Assembly: GCA_040954595.2 (NCBI GenBank)
Contig: CM082576.2
Span: 14,263,129 to 14,327,128 of the forward strand
Source: Balanoglossus misakiensis
Lineage: Eukaryota > Animalia > Hemichordata
DNA length: 64,000 nt
Reading direction: 5' to 3'
Shown: piece after piece, positions 1-12,203 of the stretch
Numbering within the stretch: position 1 is the first letter of the stretch
Layout of the letters: the number at the start of each line of letters is the position of its first letter
Notes under the pieces: generated by a model
The model's input: the letters and a program-made list of their open reading frames with translations, nothing else
Told to the model about the DNA's origin: nothing
Databases searched by the model: none
Position numbers and translations under genes: made by a program

Positions 1-149
1 TGGAGATAAACTCGCTGAAGGTTAACTCGCTGTAAGCCTTATATTCAATATGGCGATCTCAACATGTAAACACACAAAAATAAACCAGAACGTGAGCGGT
101 TCGGATGTTAGGACAAGTTAATCGCATCATATTTGGAGTCGGTTAGGAG

Positions 150-490
150 GTATTGAAATATACTCAGAGAATAATAGTGATGCATTCAACTTTCGGAAAT
201 GTTCCATCTACCATTACACAACAGGTCATGATTTTCACTGAAGTTTTATTTATTTTACAATGAAACTGACAAGAAATGTAAGGCTTACATGTACAATTCA
301 AATAGGAAATTAAGGGTCTTTACATATGTCATTTACAAATTTTATGAATTCAAGATATTCTGCAAATGATTTGACTGATGAAAATATCATCCAGGCACAT
401 TACATAAGTATTGAAGACTTCATGACATTAATTGCTTCCTGGTAGACATGGTTAAACAAACGATATCGCAAAAAGTAACTCCTCAGCAAA
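150..490. repeat. ~340-bp segment repeated in inverted orientation at 9350-10491 (that copy interrupted by a TTAA MITE)
   Basis: gtattgaaatatactcagagaataatagtgatgc...cctcagcaaa is the reverse complement of 10491-10322 joined to 9525-9350. Confidence 0.85.
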
Positions 491-1449
491 TGAATAAATG
501 GTAAAGAACGATTATTCATTTTGGCGAGTTTTTTCACTCTCCTATCTATAAGAGGGATGGAAGTTGTGTGTGGTTGAACGTTCATTCACTATATATCCAC
601 ATGTAGAATAACAAACGGCGTCTTGTATCAAATAAAATTAATGGAAAAAAGGGCAGCGAGAGAGAGACTTTGTCCCTTTAAATTTCCGACCTACACACGC
701 GGGTTAACAATGAATAAAAATAAAATCAGAATCCAAAAATCGCAGTGATAATGTCTCTGTGTCACGATGTGGGTGTGAAATGATCTGATAATGCTGATAT
801 CATCCGATCATGGACGTTTACCATGCAGTAACTGTGATACTATAAACCGTGGATCGGAACAAAATTTTGTACAGTTTTATAGCCTTTTACCTAGGTAAAT
901 ACACTTCGACACATCATATTTTCACACATTTTTATTTGTATACATACGTTGTTCTGTGATTGCCCTTAACGCAGCTGTACCGTTGGGGTGGGGGCTGATT
1001 ACTCCCACGGACAGCTAGCTGCGGGCCAACCCCATTCTAAGACGTGTAGTTGCAACGACCCGACTTGTGTAGGAACATTTGAACGGCAACAGAAAGCAAA
1101 GTGAGCGTAATTCAATAAAACGACCTATACAAGCCTGAACTCTGATTATTTCTGGTCCCAAAACTCCTTTCGTGAAAAACTCACTGGACTGTTTACGTAT
1201 TTCAGCGAGTACTACCCGCTGGAAGTGACTGGGATTATGCTAAGTAATGAGACCTCGCACACAGTAGTGAGTGAGTGTGAGGGTCAAAGTCCGCTGCCGG
1301 AGTTGTGGCGCAAATTAGATTGTGTAAATTGAACTTCTGGGATATGGGGTGAGATCCCCGCCAAAACTAAAATAATTCGATTAATGCTTTTTGCTATTTA
1401 GTATTATTAACTATTTTTATCATTATTTGCTAAACATTTTATATTTGCA

Positions 1450-2100
1450 GAGATGGGTGCTGATTATTAGCAATTATGTGCTCAATTATAAGCAGGTAAA
1501 CGATTTAGCGCTGAATTTTTCAAAGCTTTATAATTAGGTGACGAATTATTAATATGTAAAATATTTAATGCTGAATTATTTTAGCAGTGGTATGATTAGG
1601 TGCCGCCTTATTAGTAGGTGAAAATTTTGCTGCTGAATTATTAGCAGCTTTATGATTAGGTGCCGCATTATTAGTAGGTAAAATATTTGATGCTGAATTA
1701 TTTTAGCAGCGTTATGATTAGGTGCCGCATTATTAGTAGGTGAAAAATTTGGTGCTGAATTATTAGCAGCTTTATGATTAGGTGCCGCATTATTAGTAGG
1801 TAAAATATTTGATGCTGAATTATTTTAGCAGCGTTATGATTAGGTGCCGCATTATTAGTAGGTGAAAAATTTGGTGCTGAATTATTAGCAGCTTTATGAT
1901 TAGGTGCCGCATTATTAGTAGGTAAAATATTTGATGCTGAATTATTTTAGCAGCGTTATGATTAGGTGCCGCATTATTAGTAGGTGAAAAATTTGGTGCT
2001 GAGTTATTAGCAGCTTTATGATTAGGTGCCGCATTATTAGTAGGTAAACTATTTGATGCTGAATTATTAGTAGCTTTATGATTAGGTGTCGAATTATTAG
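1450..2100. repeat. Minisatellite with ~30-bp subunits, 60/62-bp dimers and a 122-bp higher-order period
   Basis: aaatatttgatgctgaattattttagc recurs at 1681, 1803 and 1925; tatgattaggtgccgcattattagtaggt recurs every 60-62 bp; edges degenerate. Confidence 0.9.
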
Positions 2101-3866
2101 TTAATATTTATGGAGTGAACAGGGACTGTGTAATTTGCGTGAAATTGCATGGGAGCCCCAAAGCGCCCCTTTTATTTTATCGATTTAATCGTATGTAGAA
2201 ACTATACTATCTCATAGTCGCCTAACACATCCCTATCCGTATGTGAAGGCCGTGGTGATTGCAACTTACTGTAATACCAAATTTTAGATTAATCCTATTA
2301 CAGTCAACACGTTCCTGAAAAAGACCAACGACATTCTGCTCGCTTCGGCACCATTCCAGTGGCAGTTCAATTTTCTTTCAAGCACTAATACAGAGGATAT
2401 GTTTGTGTGGTAGTTAAGGACGTGCGGAGTTTGACTTGCGTAACTAACCACATATTTACAAACATACATTGTATTTCTTGTACTCATTGTGCGTAAAATA
2501 AAATAAAAGTCTTCTGGTTTTCGTTTATTTGCGGCTTGGTGTGAGATTTAAAAAAAATACTGTACATATTTGAGAAGAAAACTGAGCGGTAATAGAACGA
2601 ATAGAAAAGCTGCAACGGTATGTTGGCCTACGGTAAAGCTTTTCACGCTCGGCGGCCATCATGCATCTACGCCCCGTCGGCGTATGCGCATAGCCCCGAG
2701 GCCAGTACATCGATCCGAATAGACGGTTAAAAACGTCAAGCGAGCCGAAAATATCACAGAGAACGACCTTGGTACCAATCTGTGCACAACTAAATATCCG
2801 GTGTCACAAAAATCGAAAATATCCTACATAAAAGGTTCAAAAAAAGTGATCGTCCAGACACTGCAAACGTGTGTACTCAAGGCGAGCCGGAAGTCAAATG
2901 AACGGTTACTCACGTTGGAACCCCCATGGTGCTTTGCGCGTGACCCACACCACACCACCTTGGACAAGATTTCCCGCTCTGCATGCAGCCAACATCCTTG
3001 GTCGATTCCATTGTAGTTATTGACAAAGATGTTGTATTTTTCGTGGTATTCACGAAAGTTGTTATGGTCTAAAGGAACTTGGGTTATGTTTTGGGTTCAT
3101 TTTCTTCCAAAAAACAATTGCACATATACAGAAGTCTCATTTCTATCGTTTTTGGGCGACCAGCAAATTAGCCTGCACTTTGACCCGCACCTTGACCCTT
3201 TGACCCGCAAAAAACGATACTGCAAGGTCAATAAACGCCTAATGTAACATTGGGTATAACATTTGAAGTCAACGACACTATACAAAACATTTGTTCTTAG
3301 AAGAAGAACATCTCCATATTATGATGGGGTTTTATCACGCGCCCAGGGTCTTATAAACTTCAGGGACGAAAAGGTTACGACCACCCCTCTTGGAATATGG
3401 TCCAACCTTATTATTGTTTTATGCTCTGTTCATTCACCCACGGTCACTCGAGCCAGGTCGACCGTGCCCAACCGTAGCAGTCGTCTGCGTCGAGCCGTGC
3501 CTTCTCACTGAAATAGGGACAGGGGGACTCTCTTCAATCCCGTGGTATACGTTGAGGATGACTGGATATTTGAGGTTAGTGTTGTATGATTGTATCCAAT
3601 CACAGTACTGCGATTGTTACTCGGGGCATGCCTGGGGAGATATTCCAACGGCAGGCCTGCGCCGTCTTTTCAATGGACGTTACATAACTCATGTGGTCTT
3701 TTTCTGGTATAGTAGTCCGGCTTCGTGTATGCTTGATAGCGCTGCCTCGCGGGCACTGACTCACGATCTTCACCTTTGTCGCTAAATCGCATAGACCGAA
3801 CCACAGTCACGTGACAGTTGGGTCGTATATACACGGCTGTATATATACACAGAAGAGGGACAAGTC

Positions 3867-4267
3867 TAGCCCGGAGACCAGGCGTCGATCTAGAATACAA
3901 CGCCCGGTGACAGTCGAGAAATTTCCTGCTGAGCTGAAAGATAGTAGCCCTGGCAACGATCAGGGTCGCTTAGTAACGAATGGATAACGAGTGATCTATC
4001 AAATGTTGACGGGCGCCAGTGGTTGGATGATATAATTAACAAAGCTTGGTAAATCACTCCCACACCCCAGTTGCGGGAATTTCACACATGACTCCACCTC
4101 TATTTCCTTATTTAGAATGCGATGATGTCATTTGGTTTACATTGAGTGACCAATTAGCTTACACACAAGATTTACCACCCGTGTCGTTCTGCGCACAGAA
4201 TTCGGTGCGTAAATAGAGACTGTCACCGGGCGTTTCTTTTCCCCTACTACGCCTGGTCTCCGGGCTA
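3867..4267. mobile_element. Non-autonomous TIR element, TAG...CTA ends, 9-bp TSD (Academ/AcademH-like)
   Basis: TIR tagcccggagaccaggcgt / acgcctggtctccgggcta; subterminal IR aacgcccggtgacagtc; TSD ggacaagtc on both sides. Confidence 0.8.
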
Positions 4268-4514
4268 GGACAAGTCATGCAACCAAACCCCCATTTTGAC
4301 ACATGCATCGCCAAGTTCTGTAGATGTTTTCACTCACACAAAGGCGAAATTTAATCAATAAATCGGCACCGATACCACCCATACCATGTCAACATTCATA
4401 CCTGCTATCCTTTGCGTATTTATAACGATCTTCCGTGTGTTTTGGGGCGATTTCTGAGAGGTACTACGCGTTCTACACGCTTAAAATTCAAGTTTCTAGC
4501 TAACTTCAGCTGAC

Positions 4515-4654
4515 CTGGAAAGTACCAGGGCTGTGATTGGTTGCCCACCTTAAATATATGTTCATTTGAAACATTTAAATTAGTCTAAATTTAAATGTTT
4601 CAAAGGAATGGATATTTTTGGTGGGCAACCAATCACAGCCCTGGTACTTTCCAG
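4515..4654. repeat. 140-bp imperfect palindrome (foldback/MITE core)
   Basis: ctggaaagtaccaggggctgtgattggttgcccacc...ggtgggcaaccaatcacagccctggtactttccag with a self-complementary AT-rich centre. Confidence 0.75.
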
Positions 4655-5038
4655 CTGCCCATTTCATTCAGTGCACCAGTTATCTTTAGACAGGCGTCCT
4701 ATAAATAGCATCATAGCCCTAGTAACACACACTCACAGATGGCAACAAGTGAGCTTATGAATTTTGCAACACCTTATCAATACTTGACAAAAGATGTAGC
4801 AACTTTTGTTGGTGGTCATGCTATGCATCCACAAGTCTGCAGAATACTTGTACACTACACACAGGATAGCAGACTGCATAATTGAGGGGCCACAGTGATG
4901 TCCAATAGAAGCTACCATGTAAATTTTATGTAAATTAGTCCAAACTCTATGATTTTTTCCTGGGGAGAACCCTGCGGTTTATTGAAAGACTCTGTCAATA
5001 AACCATCATTATATCCATACGCAGGGTTGTAATCTGAC

Positions 5039-7487
5039 CACAGGGGACTCTCCCTCCGCGATTTTGTTTGTTTATTGTTGTTGTTGTTGTTGATTTTTGG
5101 CATAATAAACAAATACATATTTCTTTGTTAATAAATATGGTTTGTTGACATGTAAAGGTTAGGGTATATTCGACAGGTTAGGGTTAGTGTTTCGATTCAC
5201 GGCCCCGGGCATCACTAAGCCACAAAGAGAGACAAGGGTGGAAACTAGCCCAGTACGGCCAAACATGAATGTCTCGTTCGGAATGTTAAAAACGTTAGTG
5301 AGATTCAAATTGGACCAATCAAATAGCTTGTTAGTCCTGCAAGGGGACGTTAATCGATTTCAGCCTGGTCCCAGGATGAACTTACTTCGGCGTATTTTAC
5401 CATATTTTCCCCCTTATAATAACAGGCTCACGACTCTTTTACATACAGAAATACATCAGCATATGTTTTATGACAAAAATCACACACAAGCGTAAATCTT
5501 TGCGAAACGTGGTCACCTCCAAACAATTCACGACATGTACGTGATGCCTTCCGAAACGAGACATTTAAGTTTGTCCATGGTTTGCCGTAAAAAAACTGTA
5601 CGGATGTCAACGGAGAACGATGTGAAATATCGCCGATTTATACTTTTTTATTGAATTACAGGATAGATATACCGTTAAAGTCATTTTATAAGTCGCGGCT
5701 TTTGTTACAATGTTGCAAAATTTGAACAAATTGTGTTTTTCTGAGGAAGGGATGGACTTATAATACGTAGTTATCAATTGTTCAAAAGTGGGCGGGGTCA
5801 AATTTTGACGTTCCGACCTTTTCAGTACGTAATCAATCCTTCGGTTCGACCAGGAAAAATAATTATTCTTTACAAAAAGATGAAACAATGGGGGTAAAAA
5901 TGAGTCAAAGTGCCAGAACACCCCCTTGGACATTTATGCAAATTAGGTTCAAATAGGCTTCATGGTGCCATTGAAAATCAACAACACATTTAGCAGACTT
6001 GTCCCATTTGTTGTTCCACATTAAATAAATGGAAGATCTGAGAACATCCACACTTTTCCAGTTTTTGCACAGTCATCCTATAAGTATAAGCGCTACCACG
6101 GTACCGGTACCGTCTGTGAGTCTTACAGCTTTGAAACCAGTGCGTAATATAAAAGCATACAGGGGGATGTGGGAACACGCTTTGAGTTGGTCCCTTGGGA
6201 CAAAGACGTTTTTAATTTATTCACGCACAGGGATGTATTTTTAGCCAGACAATGGCAAGACCTAGTTGCCTAGCAATTATCGCCATGAACTTTGCTACAA
6301 GTTTCACTATCACTTCCACTGGGCGTCTCAATTTTTTCAGCAGAGCCCCAGCTGCAGTAAGTTCCGACTACCTCAAGGCTTTGCCTGTAGGTTTTGGGGC
6401 TCCTCATTTTACTGATGACCATCAGCAACAAGGCACATTGACCGTTGACTAAGCAAGGTGCTAAACATCGCTCTTTTCAGAGGGGTAATTTTACATGCAA
6501 GCTCATTAGAAACTGCCACTTGTATCCCCTCAATTTTCAGCCACCCCCCCTGTTACAAAATGACCCCTTTCCTTAATTAACTATTCACGCCTAATTTGAG
6601 GTCAGACAAGGGTCATTCATTCATGGCTGTTTGAGCTCAGACCAAGGGAGTTGAACCATTAGATGTACTAACGCCTGCTCCTGCAGTTTCGAATGAAGTA
6701 CATAAACATCATGAAAGAGATCTGTTGCAAGTGGTTTCTCTCCCCCTCCCCTGATAAGTACAGACAAGGTAGCGAATTCTTGTGTTATCATCAAGGAAAA
6801 TAACCGGGAAGCCCTACTTGCTTATCTCTATCTAATGGCTTCTGCATGCATAAATTATAGCACTGACATGTGCTGTGCCAAGTTTGTGGCCTAGGTTACC
6901 ACACTACACCTAGGTGTCAAATGATCGGAGACACAAAGAGCAGTTTCTTTCAACAAGGGAAATTGAAACAAAGAAACAAAAAGTGTTAACTTTAATGCTT
7001 CATGAGTGACAGTGTGTGCTGAAAAGGGGGTGCGACTTATAATACGGATGTTCTGTTGTTTCCATTTTCTGAAAATCTCCTCCCAAACAAGTCTTTCAAA
7101 GAAGGGGTGCGACTTATAATACCGCCGCGACTTATAAAATGACTTTAACGGTAGTAAGTATAGAGTATGTTGTCACTGCAAACGTAATATTTCAATTGTC
7201 AGACATTCATTAGTTGTGTTATTCTGGACTTAAAAAATACAGTGCTGGGACCCGGAAATGGGCTAGTCTCCACCCTTGTCTCTCTTTGTGGCTTAGTGAT
7301 ATGTCCGGGGCCGTGGATCGAAAACAATGCCAACACTGACCCTAACCGTTGATAATACCCTAACACTTACATGTCAACAAACCATATTTATTAATAAAGA
7401 AATATGTATTTGTTTATTATGCCAAAAATCATCATCAACAACAACAACAAACAAACAAACAAAATCGCGGAAGGAGAGTCCCCTGTG
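5039..7487. mobile_element. 2.45-kb non-autonomous DNA transposon with ~215-bp TIRs and 7-bp TSD (P-element-like CACAG ends)
   Basis: cacaggggactctcc...ggagagtcccctgtg; TSD atctgac on both sides; empty site gttgtaatctgacctagagg in paralogues at ~29960 and ~38370. Confidence 0.85.
5672..7151. mobile_element. Nested pogo/Tigger-like (Tc1/mariner) element, TA TSD
   Basis: TA-ccgttaaagtcattttataagtcgcggc ... gccgcgacttataaaatgactttaacgg-TA; subterminal ggggtgcgacttataatac repeats; no transposase recognised. Confidence 0.7.
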
Positions 7488-7764
7488 ATCTGACCTAGAG
7501 GCCAGGGAGAGTAAGTGAGAATATGGTTATAGTGTATCAGCACATAATTACATCTGGTTGTATGTCCTTATGATTTTAAAATTCCTTTGCAGGAATTGAT
7601 TGACCGGGCCCACCCAATTTGCAAACGAGGATACAGAAGCAGACAGACGGCACGGCGTATACATGAAAACATTTCAAGACAAGAGGTTCATGAGGGTTTA
7701 CTTCAAATATCCCGGGAGTGTCTGACTGGACGCAGGAGGATTTCTGGTCGCGGAAAGTTCACAA

Positions 7765-8886
7765 ATGGAAGTTTATCACCGAATCCCCGCCAATGAAAAA
7801 CCACATGAGTGCAAAGTGTGTGGCAAATGTTTCTCATGTGTTTCACATTTAAAAGTCCATCAACGGATCCATACCAAAGAAAAGCCACACGAATGCATGA
7901 TATGCGGTAAATGCTTCTCCACGAGTTCACATTTAAAAGTCCATCAACGGATCCATACCAAAGAAAAGCCACACGAATGCATGATATGCGGTAAATGCTT
8001 CGCCACAAGTTCAAGTTTAAAAGTCCATCAACGGATCCATACCAAAGAAAAGCCATATGAATGCAAGATATGTGGTAAATGTTTCTCCCATGGTTCAAGT
8101 TTAAAAGTCCATCAACGGATCCATACCAAAGAAAAGCCACATGAATGCAAGATATGTGGCAAATGCTTCTCCAGGAGTTCAAGTTTAGAAGACCATCAAC
8201 GGATCCATACCAAAGAAAAGCCACACGAATGCATGATATGCGGTAAACGTTTCTCAAAGAATGGGAACTTAACAGTACACATGAGAGTCCATACCAATGA
8301 AAAACCATATGAATGCAAGATATGCGGTAAATGTTTCTCCCAGAAAGGCAACTTAAAAGTCCATCAACAGCTCCATACCAATGAAAAACCATATGAATGC
8401 AAGATATGTGGTAAATGTTTCTCCCAGGGTTCACATTTAAAAGTCCATCAACGGCTCCATACCAATGAAAAGCCACATGAATGCAAAGTGTGTGGTAAAT
8501 GTTTCTCCGACGGTTCATATTTTAAAGTTCATCAATGGCTCCATACCAATGAAAAACCATATGAATGCAAAGTGTGTGGTAAATGTTTCTCCTACGGTTC
8601 ATATTTAAAAGTCCATCAACGGATCCATACCAATGAAAAACCATATGAATGCAAGATATGTGGTAAATGCTTCCCCCAGGGTTCACATTTAAAAGTCCAT
8701 CAACGGATCCATACCAAAGAAAAGCCACATGAATGCAAAGTGTGTGGTAAATGTTTCTCCCAGGGTTCAAGTTTGAAACGCCATCAAGGGCTCCTTACCT
8801 ATGAAAAACCATATGAATGCAAAGCATGTGGTAAATGTTTCTCCAGGAAAGGAAATTTAAAAGCACACTTGAGAATCCATACCTAA
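7765..8886 (+). CDS. C2H2 zinc-finger protein, paralogue 1 (373 aa, 13 fingers; finger 12 lacks the last His)
   Basis: 28-aa repeats CxxCGKCFSxxxxLKVHQRIH with T[KN]EKP[HY]E linkers; preceded by acceptor tcctttgcag at 7592; true start codon uncertain. Confidence 0.9.
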   Translation: MEVYHRIPANEKPHECKVCGKCFSCVSHLKVHQRIHTKEKPHECMICGKCFSTSSHLKVHQRIHTKEKPHECMICGKCFATSSSLKVHQRIHTKEKPYECKICGKCFSHGSSLKVHQRIHTKEKPHECKICGKCFSRSSSLEDHQRIHTKEKPHECMICGKRFSKNGNLTVHMRVHTNEKPYECKICGKCFSQKGNLKVHQQLHTNEKPYECKICGKCFSQGSHLKVHQRLHTNEKPHECKVCGKCFSDGSYFKVHQWLHTNEKPYECKVCGKCFSYGSYLKVHQRIHTNEKPYECKICGKCFPQGSHLKVHQRIHTKEKPHECKVCGKCFSQGSSLKRHQGLLTYEKPYECKACGKCFSRKGNLKAHLRIHT

Positions 8887-9525
8887 GAAAAGCACTTGGA
8901 AACGTGTGGTAATGTCTCTTCAGTTCTCATATGAAACCTAATAAGCATATATAGACACTAAATGAAAGGGATATGAATGCGATACCTGACACATGATTAA
9001 TTTTTCCAGGTATGCTACTTAAGTAAAAATCGTAAACGAACCCACTAGAATGAAATGGTAATTGAACGCACATTATTATTACAATACCAGTGAGTATTTT
9101 TATGTCATCATTCCAGATTATTACTGATAACATATTATCATGGGGCGCCCCTATTGAATGTCTCTTTGAGACTGGGCATTTCAAGAGCCAGCAACAACAC
9201 CCTATCGATGACATTTAATTTGTACATTTTCTGCAAAATATCATTTGCATGCATTTTCAAATTAAATACTCGTGTTTATTTGTAGAATAACTCAGTTCTT
9301 TCAACATGAATTTTTACTGTTGTGCTGTTCATTTATGATATTTTAAAGGTTTGCTGAGGAATTACTTTTAGCGATATCGTTTGTTTTAACCATGTCTACC
9401 AGGAAGCAATTAATGTCACAAAGTCTTCAATACTTATGTAATGTGCCTGGATGATATTTTCATCAGTCAATCATTTGCATCTTGAATTCATAAAATTTGT
9501 AAATGACAAATGTAAAGACCCTTAA

Positions 9526-10321
9526 GATGGGTCCCTAGGATCTTTTTGCTCGTTGCTATGGGCCTTTATAGGACACTACACTCAATTTTGATCGAAACCG
9601 TTATGAACGTCCGACAAGGGGCTTGTAACTAGTTAAAAATACACACGATTGTGTGCACACCCCCTGTCTGAGTATGTTTACGGCAGCTACCGCCCGGCCA
9701 TAGGCCGCCAAGCTAATACGGCAAAGCAGCGGTCAGAGATAGCGCGCGCGTCCTGTAACCACGGTAACTGGATCGAACGCTAAAAATCCAATGTTTTGTA
9801 CACAGAGATTTTGTACCGTTCACGAAAATCCCTAAGGCTTTTTTCACAGGCGACGTAGGCCAGCCAAATTTGACCTGCTTGTTGAGAACGCACTTCCGCA
9901 TAGTGTGACGGATCGTTTTTTCGGTTTTCGTCGTGCTAAGAAGCGATACCAGTGGAAGAGTGCGTCCAAAAACACCCAAAATCGATGACTTTTTCAGGTG
10001 TGGTACGGGTATGCTGAAATCGTAGGATACAACGATAATATTCGAAAACAAAATCCGTCACGATCTTCCCTGGTTCAAGCAACTAATGAATACGTATCAA
10101 GTTCGTTTTTGAGGTCACGGAATAAAAAGCCTTAGGCTTTTGAAATTTGACCTAACTAATTTGCATATCAATGGCGTCAGGGGGGCGCGCGCTCACAATC
10201 GTGCGTATTTTTAACTAGTTACCAGCCCCTTGTTAGACTCTGAATACGGCTTAGTCCAAATCGGGGTGTAATGTCCTATAAAGGCCCATAGCAACGGGCA
10301 AAAAGATCCTAGGGACCCATC
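9526..10321. mobile_element. MITE with long TIRs and TTAA TSD (Kolobok-like, purine ends)
   Basis: TTAA-gatgggtccctaggatctttttgc...gcaaaaagatcctagggacccatc-TTAA; empty site aaattaagggtc at ~310 in the inverted copy. Confidence 0.88.
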
Positions 10322-12203
10322 TTAATTTCCTATCTGAATTTTAATCGTACAAGTAAGCCTTACATTTCTTGTCAGTTTCATTGTAAAATTAATCAAATTC
10401 CAGTGAACCTCATGACCTGTTGTGTAATGGTAGATGGAACATTTCCGAAAGTTGAATGCATCACTATTATTCTCTGAGTATATTTCAATACTGGCAAGTA
10501 CACACGTATACGCCACTACTTTGGTGTCATTTTGCGTCAGTCATATTTAAGACATTAAGTTGTTGTTTTTTTCTCTCTTATTTTATGAACAATAATTGTT
10601 TCACGCCAAAATGCGTTTGATCATACATGTAATATTCGACAGAAAACGGCCAATAATAAATTTATACCACACAAGCATTTTGAAAATAAGATTATGACCA
10701 TTATTTCTCCTGTACACTATAGCACTACTGGTCACTTCTGAATTCTAAACTTCGGTCCAAATAATCGCCAACTCCAGTCCGTTGAAAAGGTATTTTAAAG
10801 AATGGTGTTTCTCAGTTTATTATTCTGCGTTGCAAAACATGCAGAATTCAGTTTCTCAGATGGCGTGCATGCGGCGAAACACAAATCAAGTTGGCTACAC
10901 GTGTGCTTTCTACCTAAACTACTCATATTGTCTCGTGTGGCATGAAATTCCTTATCAGTTTTTGAAAGAAGAGGTGGTTCGTGAATTTTACACTTGAAGA
11001 AAATCCAATTTTGTTTACAAAATAGCTTATAGTTAATGTAAGGATAGAAAACTGTGATTCAATAATACCCGGGATGGACGAGGCCCGTTATAACTGAAGA
11101 CCGAGTCTTTACTAAGCGCCACTGGCGTGACTGTGAGCATAGAGTCGGGTGGTTGTGGGTGTTAATAATTTTCGCGTGCGGGTATTTGTTTTTTTTTCCA
11201 CAAAGTTGTAGAAAGCCAGCAATGAGACACTGCAGAAGAAGACAAAGTTGGTTGATGAAGTCAATAAATTAGTTCAGACCACAGTCCATCCACACACCAT
11301 GCGTAAAAGCTTTATGAAGACATGAAAACTTTTAGAAAGCCAACAGACTACTGCACTGGTTTAGGTTTAATAACCACAAATAGTTATGTCAATATAAGTA
11401 TGGAGCACCTCCATAATGAGGCCATGTCTGTTTCACTTCCAGCATTGGTTTATAAAATGACGTCACAATAAGCTAAGCGTCCAAAAAAATTATTGCGAGT
11501 CTGGCCAAATAACATGCCTCTATGTAGATTAAGCGACTGAATTGAATTGATAAATTCTTTGAAAGACCATGAAAGACTTTAAACAGTCCCCGACACTGCC
11601 GGCAATCACCAAGCAGTCCAGGACAATGATTACCACAACAGCTTGATAGTTAATTTGTACGGCAAGCCATTTTGTAGAAAAGAAATTAAAACACATGCAT
11701 GTAAGGAAACCAAATAGTTCAGTTTTGTTTTACGCGACCGTGATCAACCACGACAGTTAAAGCAGAAAGCGCGAAAAAAAGTGAAGGACTTAATTATTTG
11801 CTTCTGTTGCTTTTGAATTTGTAGCACAGTGGTTGTATGAACCCTACGTTGAGTGACAAGATCAGCCTCATGATAAATGCAGGCAGAATATTGTAGATTC
11901 CGGCTAAGGAAATGCATTGCAAAAGGTTTAGCGATCATTTATTCAGGGAACGTTTTAGTAAGAATTATATGATATAAACTGAATAAATTTGATGTCTGTC
12001 AACTCTTCTGTCTTTGTCTTACCAATACGGATTAACCGGAACACGGAGGCTTCTCTGCTCGTACACTACACATTATAAACAATGGATGATAAAATGCCTA
12101 AAATGGCTAAATGCCTTGTATACCAAGGTAGAAGGTCAGGCGGTAGGAAGAGTTCACCAAAAGAGGGCGCATTTTATCATCCATTGTTTATAATGTGGGT
12201 TTA

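Noticed and set aside
7587-7796. Overlapping ORF ELIDRAHPICKRGY... present in paralogues 1, 2 and 4
   Set aside because: Out of frame with the fingers, no ATG start, and frameshifted by an 8-bp deletion in paralogue 3; similarity is explained by duplication
7703-8770. Long minus-strand ORFs opposite the ZNF arrays (also 21570-22793, 30261-31298, 38678-39715)
   Set aside because: Antisense shadow of the 84-bp finger repeat; stop-free only because of the repeated codon pattern, and broken at different places in each copy
7790-8880. Regular repeats with short variable segments, superficially CRISPR-like
   Set aside because: In-frame coding zinc-finger units; variable parts are ~12-20 nt and recur; eukaryotic context with no cas genes
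11200-11460. Purine-rich stretch vaguely like a Tc1 transposase fragment (TVHPHTMRK)
   Set aside because: Too short and degenerate; no TIRs or catalytic motifs found
12068-12197. 30-bp inverted repeat pair cacattataaacaatggatgataaaatgc
   Set aside because: Real inverted repeat, but no TSD or second copy, so it could not be classified
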